Shown here piece after piece: positions 56,901-64,000 of a DNA stretch of 64,000 bases (its first letter is position 1; every line of letters starts with the position of its first letter). Under the pieces are notes generated by a model. That model had not been told where the DNA came from. It ran no database searches and saw only the letters and a list, made by a program, of their open reading frames with translations. Position numbers and translations under genes: made by a program. This stretch comes from Eledone cirrhosa (lineage: Eukaryota): contig OZ024740.1 of NCBI GenBank assembly GCA_964016885.1, positions 23,746,001 to 23,810,000 of the forward strand, read 5' to 3'.

Positions 56901-57900
56901 CTAGTGTAGCTTGAGAAGGAAGCTGAGTCAACCAACAGACCAACTGGTAGTTACAACAACATGGCTGACATATATATCTTGTGTAGCTACTGAAGGAAGC
57001 TGATTTAACCAACAGACCTACTGGTAGTTACAACAAAAAGACTGACATATATAGCTTGTGTAGCTAGAGAAGGAAGCTGACTCAACCAACAGACCAACTG
57101 GTATTTACAACAACATGGCTGACATATATAGCTTCTGTAGCTAGAGAAGGAAGCTGAGTCTACCAACAGACCAATTGGTAGTTACAACAACATGGCTGAC
57201 ATTTATATCTTGTGTAGCTAGAAAAGGAAGCTGAGTCAACCAAGAGACCAACTGGTAGTTACAACAACATGACTGACATATATAGCTTGTGTAGCTAGAG
57301 AAGGAAGCTGAGTCAACCAACAGACCAACTGGTAGTTACAACAACATGGCTGACATTTATATCTTGTGTAGCTAGATAATGAAGCTGAGTCTGCCAACAG
57401 ACCTACTAGTAGTTACAAAAACATGGCTGACATATATAGCTTGTGTAGCTAGTGAAGGCAGCTGAGTCAACCAACAGACCAACTGGTAGTTACAACAACA
57501 TGGCTGACATATATAGCTTGTGTAGCTAGAGAAGGAAGCTGAGTCAACCAACAGACCAACTGGTAGTTACAACAACATGGCTGACATATATAGTTTCTGT
57601 AGCTAGAGAAGGAAGCTAAGTCAACCAACAGACCTACTGGTAGTTACAACAACATGGCTGACATATATAGCTTCTGTAGCTAGAGAAGGAAGCTGAGTCA
57701 AGCAACAGACCAACTGGTAGTTACAAAAACATGGCTGACATATATACCTTGTGTAGCTAGAGAAGGAAGCTGAGTCAACCAACAGACCGACTGGTAGTTA
57801 CAACAACATGGCTGACATATATAGTTTATGTAGCTAGAGAAGGAAGTTGAGTCAACAACATACCAACTGGTAGTTACAACAACATGGCTGACATATATAT
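50950..57900. repeat. 45-monomer (3463 bp) tandem duplication composed of 20+25 monomer sub-units
   Basis: CGTGGTTAC at 52021/55484. GTTGAGTCAACAACATACC at 52844, 54383, 56307, 57846 (spacings 1539, 1924, 1539). GCTAGTGTAGCTTG at 53437/56900. Confidence 0.88.
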
Positions 57901-58099
57901 CTTGTGTAGCTAGAGAAGGAAGCTGAGTCTACCAACAGACCAATTGGTAGTTATAACAAAATGGCTGACATATATAGATTGTGTAGCTAGAGAAGGAAGC
58001 TGAGTCAGTCAACAGACCAGCTGGTAGTTACAACAACATGGCTGACATTTATATCTTGTGTAGCTAGAGAAGGAAGCTGAGTCAACCAACAGACCAACT

Positions 58100-61000
58100 G
58101 GTAGTTACAACAACATGGCTGACATTTATAACTTGTGTAGCTAGATAATGAAGCTGAGTCAGCCAACAGACCTACTAGTAGTTACAACAACATGGCTGAC
58201 TTATATAGCTTGTGTAGCTAGAGAAGGCAGCTGAGACAACTAACAGACCAACTGGTAGTTACAACAACATGGCTGACATATATAGCTTGTGTAGCTAGAG
58301 AAGGAAGCTGAGTCAACCAACAGACCGACTGGTAGTTACAACAACATGGCTGACATATATAGCTTGTGTAGCTAGAGAAGGAAGCGGAGTCAACCAACAG
58401 ACCAACTGGTAGTTACAACAACATGGCTGATATATATAGCTAGTGTAGCTTGAGAAGGAAGCTGAGTCAACCAACAGACCAACTGGTAGTTACAACAACA
58501 TGGCTGACATATATATCTTGTGTAGCTACTGAAGGAAGCTGATTTAACCAACAGACCTACTGGTAGTTACAACAAAAAGGCTGACATATATAGCTTGTGT
58601 AGCTAGAGAAGGAAGCTGACTCAACCAACAGACCAACTGGTATTTACAACAACATGGCTGACATATATAGCTTCTGTAGCTAGAGAAGGAAGCTGAGTCT
58701 ACCAACAGACCAATTGGTAGTTACAACAACATGGCTGACATTTATATCTTGTGTAGCTAGAAAAGGAAGCTGAGTCAACCAAGAGACCAACTGGTAGTTA
58801 CAACAACATGACTGACATATATAGCTTGTGTAGCTAGAGATCGAAGCTGAGTCAACCAACAGACCAACTGGTAGTTACAACAACATGGCTGACATTTATA
58901 ACTTGTGTAGCTAGATAATGAAGCTGAGTCAGCCAACAGACCTACTAGTAGTTACAACAACATGGCTGACTTATATAGCTTGTGTAGCTAGAGAAGGCAG
59001 CTGAGACAACTAACAGACCAACTGGTAGTTACAACAACATGGCTGACATATATAGCTTGTGTAGCTAGAGAAGGAAGCTGAGTCAACCAACAGACCGACT
59101 GGTAGTTACAACAACATGGCTGAAATATATAGCTTGTGTAGCTAGAGAAGGAAGCGGAGTCAACCAACAGACCAACTGGTAGTTACAACAACATGGCTGA
59201 TATATATAGCTAGTGTAGCTTGAGAAGGAAGCTGAGTCAACCAACAGACCAACTGGTAGTTACAACAACATGGCTGACATATATATCTTGTGTAGCTACT
59301 GAAGGAAGCTGATTTAACCAACAGACCTACTGGTAGTTACAACAAAAAGGCTGACATATATAGCTTGTGTAGCTAGAGAAGGAAGCTGACTCAACCAACA
59401 GACCAACTGGTATTTATAACAACATGGCTGACATATATAGCTTCTGTAGCTAGAGAAGGAAGCTTAGTCTACCAACAGACCAATTGGTAGTTACAACAAC
59501 ATGGCTGACATATATAGCTTGTGTAGCTAGAGAAGGAAGATTAGTCAACCAACAGACCAACTGGTAGTTACAACAACATGGCTGACATTTATATCTTGTG
59601 TAGCTAGATAATGAAGCTGAGTCAGCCAACAGACCTACTAGTAGTTACAACAACATGGCTGACTTATATAGCTTGTGTAGCTAGAGAAGGCAGCTGAGAC
59701 AACTAACAGACCAACTGGTAGTTACAACAACATGGCTGACATATATAGCTTGTGTAGCTAGAGAAGGAAGCTGAGTCAACCAACAGACCGACTGGTAGTT
59801 ACAACAACATGGCTGACATATATAGCTTGTGTAGCTAGAGAAGGAAGCGGAGTCAACCAACAGACCAACTGGTAGTTACAACAACATGGCTGATATATAT
59901 AGCTAGTGTAGCTTGAGAAGGAAGCTGAGTCAATCAACAGACCAACTGGTAGTTACAACAACATGGCTGACATATATATCTTGTGTAGCTACTGAAGGAA
60001 GCTGATTTAACCAACAGACCTACTGGTAGTTACAACAAAAAGGCTGACATATATAGCTTGTGTAGCTAGAGAAGGAAGCTGACTCAACCAACAGACCAAC
60101 TGGTATTTACAACAACATGGCTGACATATATAGCTTCTGTAGCTAGAGAAGGAAGCTGAGTCTACCAAAAGACCAATTGGTAGTTACAACAACATGGCTG
60201 ACATTTATATCTTGTGTAGCTAGAAAAGGAAGCTGAGTCAACCAAGAGACCAACTGGTAGTTACAACAACATGACTGACATATATAGCTTGTGTAGCTAG
60301 AGATCGAAGCTGAGTCAACCAACAGACCAACTGGTAGTTACAACAACATGGCTGACATTTATAACTTGTGTAGCTAGATAATGAAGCTGAGTCAGCCAAC
60401 AGACCTACTAGTAGTTACAACAACATGGCTGACTTATATAGCTTGTGTAGCTAGAGAAGGCAGCTGAGACAACTAACAGACCAACTGGTAGTTACAACAA
60501 CATGGCTGACATATATAGCTTGTGTAGCTAGAGAAGGAAGCTGAGTCAACCAACAGACCGACTGGTAGTTACAACAACATGGCTGAAATATATAGCTTGT
60601 GTAGCTAGAGAAGGAAGCGGAGTCAACCAACAGACCAACTGGTAGTTACAACAACATGGCTGATATATATAGCTAGTGTAGCTTGAGAAGGAAGCTGAGT
60701 CAACCAACAGACCAACTGGTAGTTACAACAACATGGCTGACATATATATCTTGTGTAGCTACTGAAGGAAGCTGATTTAACCAACAGACCTACTGGTAGT
60801 TACAACAAAAAGGCTGACATATATAGCTTGTGTAGCTAGAGAAGGAAGCTGACTCAACCAACAGACCAACTGGTATTTATAACAACATGGCTGACATATA
60901 TAGCTTCTGTAGCTAGAGAAGGAAGCTTAGTCTACCAACAGACCAATTGGTAGTTACAACAACATGGCTGACATATATAGCTTGTGTAGCTAGAGAAGGA

Positions 61001-64000
61001 AGATTAGTCAACCAACAGACCAACTGGTAGTTACAACAACATGGCTGACATTTATATCTTGTGTAGCTAGATAATGAAGCTGAGTCAGCCAACAGACCTA
61101 CTAGTAGTTACAACAACATGGCTGACATATATAACTTGTGTAGCTAGAGAAGGCAGCTGAGTCAACCAACAGACCAACTGGTAGTTACAACAACATGGCT
61201 GACATATATAGCTTGTGTAGCTAGAGAAGGAAACTGAGTCAGTCAACAGACCACCTGGTAGTTACAACAACATGGCTGACATATATAACTTGTGTAGCTA
61301 GAGAAGGAAGCTGAGTCACCCAACAGACCAACTGGTAGTTACAACAACATGGCTGATATATATAGCTTGTGTAGCTAGAGAAGGAAGCTGAGTCAGTCAA
61401 CAGACCAACTGGTAGTTACAACAACATGGCTGACATATATAGCTTGTGTAGCTAGAGAAGGAAGCTGAGTCAACCAACAGACCGACTGGTAGTTACAACA
61501 ACATGGCTGACATATATAGCTTGTGTAGCTAGAAAAGGAAGCTGAGTCAACCAACAGACCAACTGGTAGTTACAACAACATGGCTGACATATATATCTTG
61601 TGTAGCTAGAGAAAGAAGCTGAGTCAACCAACAGACAAACTGGTAGTTACAATAACATGGGTGACATTTATATCTTGTATAGCTAGAGAAGGAATCTGAG
61701 TCAACCAACAGACCAACTGGTAGTTACAACAACATGGCTGACATATATATCTTGTGTAGCTAGAGAAAGAAGCTGAGTCAACCAACAGACCAACTCGTGG
61801 TTACAATAACATGGCTGACATTTATATCTTGTGTAGCTAGAGAATGAAGCTGAGTCAGCTAACAGACCTACTAGCAGTTACAACAACATGGCAGACATAT
61901 ATAGCTTGTGTAGCTAGAGAAGGCAGCTGAGTCAACCAACAGAACAACTGGTAGTTACAACAACATGGCTGACATATATAGCTTGTGTAGCTAGAGAAGG
62001 AAGCTGAGTCAAGCAACAGACCAACTGGTAGTTACGACAACATTGCTGACATATATAGCTTGTGTAGCTAGAGAAGGAAGCTGAGTCAACCAACAGACCA
62101 ACTGGTAGTTACAACAACATGGCTGACATTTATATCTTGTGTAGCTAGATAATGAAGCTGAGTCTGCCAACAGACCTACTAGTAGTTACAACAACATGGC
62201 TGACATATATAGCTTGTGTAGCTAGTGAAGGCAGCTGAGTCAACCAACAGACCAACTGGTAGTTACAACAACATGGCTGACATATATAGCTTGTGTAGCT
62301 AGAGAAGGAAGCTGAGTCAACCAACAGACCAACTGGTAGTTACAACAACATGGCTGACATATATAGTTTCTGTAGCTAGAGAAGGAAGCTAAGTCAACCA
62401 ACAGACCTACTGGTAGTTACAACAACATGGCTGACATATATAGCTTCTGTAGCTAGAGAAGGAAGCTGAGTCAAGCAACAGACCAACTGGTAGTTACAAA
62501 AACATGGCTGACATATATACCTTGTGTAGCTAGAGAAGGAAGCTGAGTCAACCAACAGACCGACTGGTAGTTACAACAACATGGCTGACATATATAGTTT
62601 ATGTAGCTAGAGAAGGAAGTTGAGTCAACAACATACCAACTGGTAGTTACAACAACATGGCTGACATATATATCTTGTGTAGCTAGAGAAGGAAGCTGAG
62701 TCTACCAACAGACCAATTGGTAGTTATAACAAAATGGCTGACATATATAGATTGTGTAGCTAGAGAAGGAAGCTGAGTCAGTCAACAGACCAGCTGGTAG
62801 TTACAACAACATGGCTGACATTTATATCTTGTGTAGCTAGAGAAGGAAGCTGAGTCAACCAACAGACCAACTGGTAGTTACAACAACATGGCTGACATTT
62901 ATAACTTGTGTAGCTAGATAATGAAGCTGAGTCAGCCAACAGACCTACTAGTAGTTACAACAACATGGCTGACTTATATAGCTTGTGTAGCTAGAGAAGG
63001 CAGCTGAGACAACTAACAGACCAACTGGTAGTTACAACAACATGGCTGACATATATAGCTTGTGTAGCTAGAGAAGGAAGCTGAGTCAACCAACAGACCG
63101 ACTGGTAGTTACAACAACATGGCTGACATATATAGCTTGTGTAGCTAGAGAAGGAAGCGGAGTCAACCAACAGACCAACTGGTAGTTACAACAACATGGC
63201 TGATATATATAGCTAGTGTAGCTTGAGAAGGAAGCTGAGTCAACCAACAGACCAACTGGTAGTTACAACAACATGGCTGACATATATATCTTGTGTAGCT
63301 ACTGAAGGAAGCTGATTTAACCAACAGACCTACTGGTAGTTACAACAAAAAGGCTGACATATATAGCTTGTGTAGCTAGAGAAGGAAGCTGACTCAACCA
63401 ACAGACCAACTGGTATTTACAACAACATGGCTGACATATATAGCTTCTGTAGCTAGAGAAGGAAGCTGAGTCTACCAACAGACCAATTGGTAGTTACAAC
63501 AACATGGCTGACATTTATATCTTGTGTAGCTAGAAAAGGAAGCTGAGTCAACCAAGAGACCAACTGGTAGTTACAACAACATGACTGACATATATAGCTT
63601 GTGTAGCTAGAGATCGAAGCTGAGTCAACCAACAGACCAACTGGTAGTTACAACAACATGGCTGACATTTATAACTTGTGTAGCTAGATAATGAAGCTGA
63701 GTCAGCCAACAGACCTACTAGTAGTTACAACAACATGGCTGACTTATATAGCTTGTGTAGCTAGAGAAGGCAGCTGAGACAACTAACAGACCAACTGGTA
63801 GTTACAACAACATGGCTGACATATATAGCTTGTGTAGCTAGAGAAGGAAGCTGAGTCAACCAACAGACCGACTGGTAGTTACAACAACATGGCTGAAATA
63901 TATAGCTTGTGTAGCTAGAGAAGGAAGCGGAGTCAACCAACAGACCAACTGGTAGTTACAACAACATGGCTGATATATATAGCTAGTGTAGCTTGAGAAG
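58100..64000. repeat. 10/9-monomer short HORs nested within 19-mer (1463 bp) and 43-mer (3310 bp) periods
   Basis: GCTAGTGTAGCTTGAG at 58439, 59209, 59902, 60672, 63212, 63982 (spacings 770, 693, 770, 2540, 770). Confidence 0.85.

Larger units (their letters stand above)
1..64000. repeat. 77-bp satellite DNA tandem array (~831 monomers, single orientation), extending beyond both window edges
   Basis: The motif ...ACAACATGGCTGACATATATAGCTTGTGTAGCTAGAGAAGGAAGCTGAGTC... recurs every 77 bp from start to end. Most copies differ from consensus by only a few substitutions. Near-identical ORFs recur at multiples of 77 (13279->14049 = 10x77; 16361->23830 = 97x77). Confidence 0.99.

Noticed and set aside
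1-64000. CRISPR array (77-bp period, partly palindromic ~40-bp segment)
   Set aside because: There are no unique spacers; the whole 77 bp is repeated with only point variants. No leader or cas genes are present.
1-64000. Tandem tRNA, 5S, snRNA or spliced-leader gene array (77 bp is tRNA-sized)
   Set aside because: I found no cloverleaf, no TpsiC GTTCRA/B-box, no poly-T Pol III terminator and no spacer between units. Not testable further without tRNAscan-SE or Infernal.
1-64000. Transposon origin (MITE or Helitron/Helentron internal tandem repeat)
   Set aside because: Possible in principle, but no element termini, target-site duplications or flanking sequence are present in the window.
1-64000. 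Telomeric repeat, CENP-B box, or a strict alternating 154-bp dimer
   Set aside because: No TTAGGG/TTAGG-type units. The CENP-B box needs two CpGs, which the consensus lacks. Many HOR periods are odd numbers of monomers (9, 15, 19, 21, 25, 27, 35, 43, 45), so there is no fixed A/B dimer alternation.
1-64000. Rolling-circle or concatemer sequencing artefact of a single 77-mer
   Set aside because: Variants recur in ordered, hierarchical, position-specific patterns rather than as random errors, which indicates a real evolved array. Individual near-identical duplications could still be mis-assembled.

Overview
The whole 64 kb window is one uninterrupted, head-to-tail satellite-type tandem array. 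It has a 77-bp monomer (about 831 copies, about 43% GC, no CpG in the consensus). Consensus: ACAACAACATGGCTGACATATATAGCTTGTGTAGCTAGAGAAGGAAGCTGAGTCAACCAACAGACCAACTGGTAGTT, with a perfect copy at 10761-10837. I saw no unique sequence, inversion, transposon insertion, RNA gene or credible protein-coding gene; the listed ORFs are by-products of the repeat. The informative signal is the pattern of monomer variants. They define nested, locally changing higher-order repeats (HORs) whose periods are integer multiples of 77 bp, offset by small indels: 38-mer (2927 bp), 35-mer (2695), 92-mer (7082), a variable 36/21/28/27-mer, 16-mer (1231), 45-mer (3463) and 10/9/19/43-mers. This resembles eukaryotic centromeric or pericentromeric satellite. 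I cannot identify the organism or family, or establish centromere function, from sequence alone. Periods were counted by hand from marker variants, and block boundaries are approximate.
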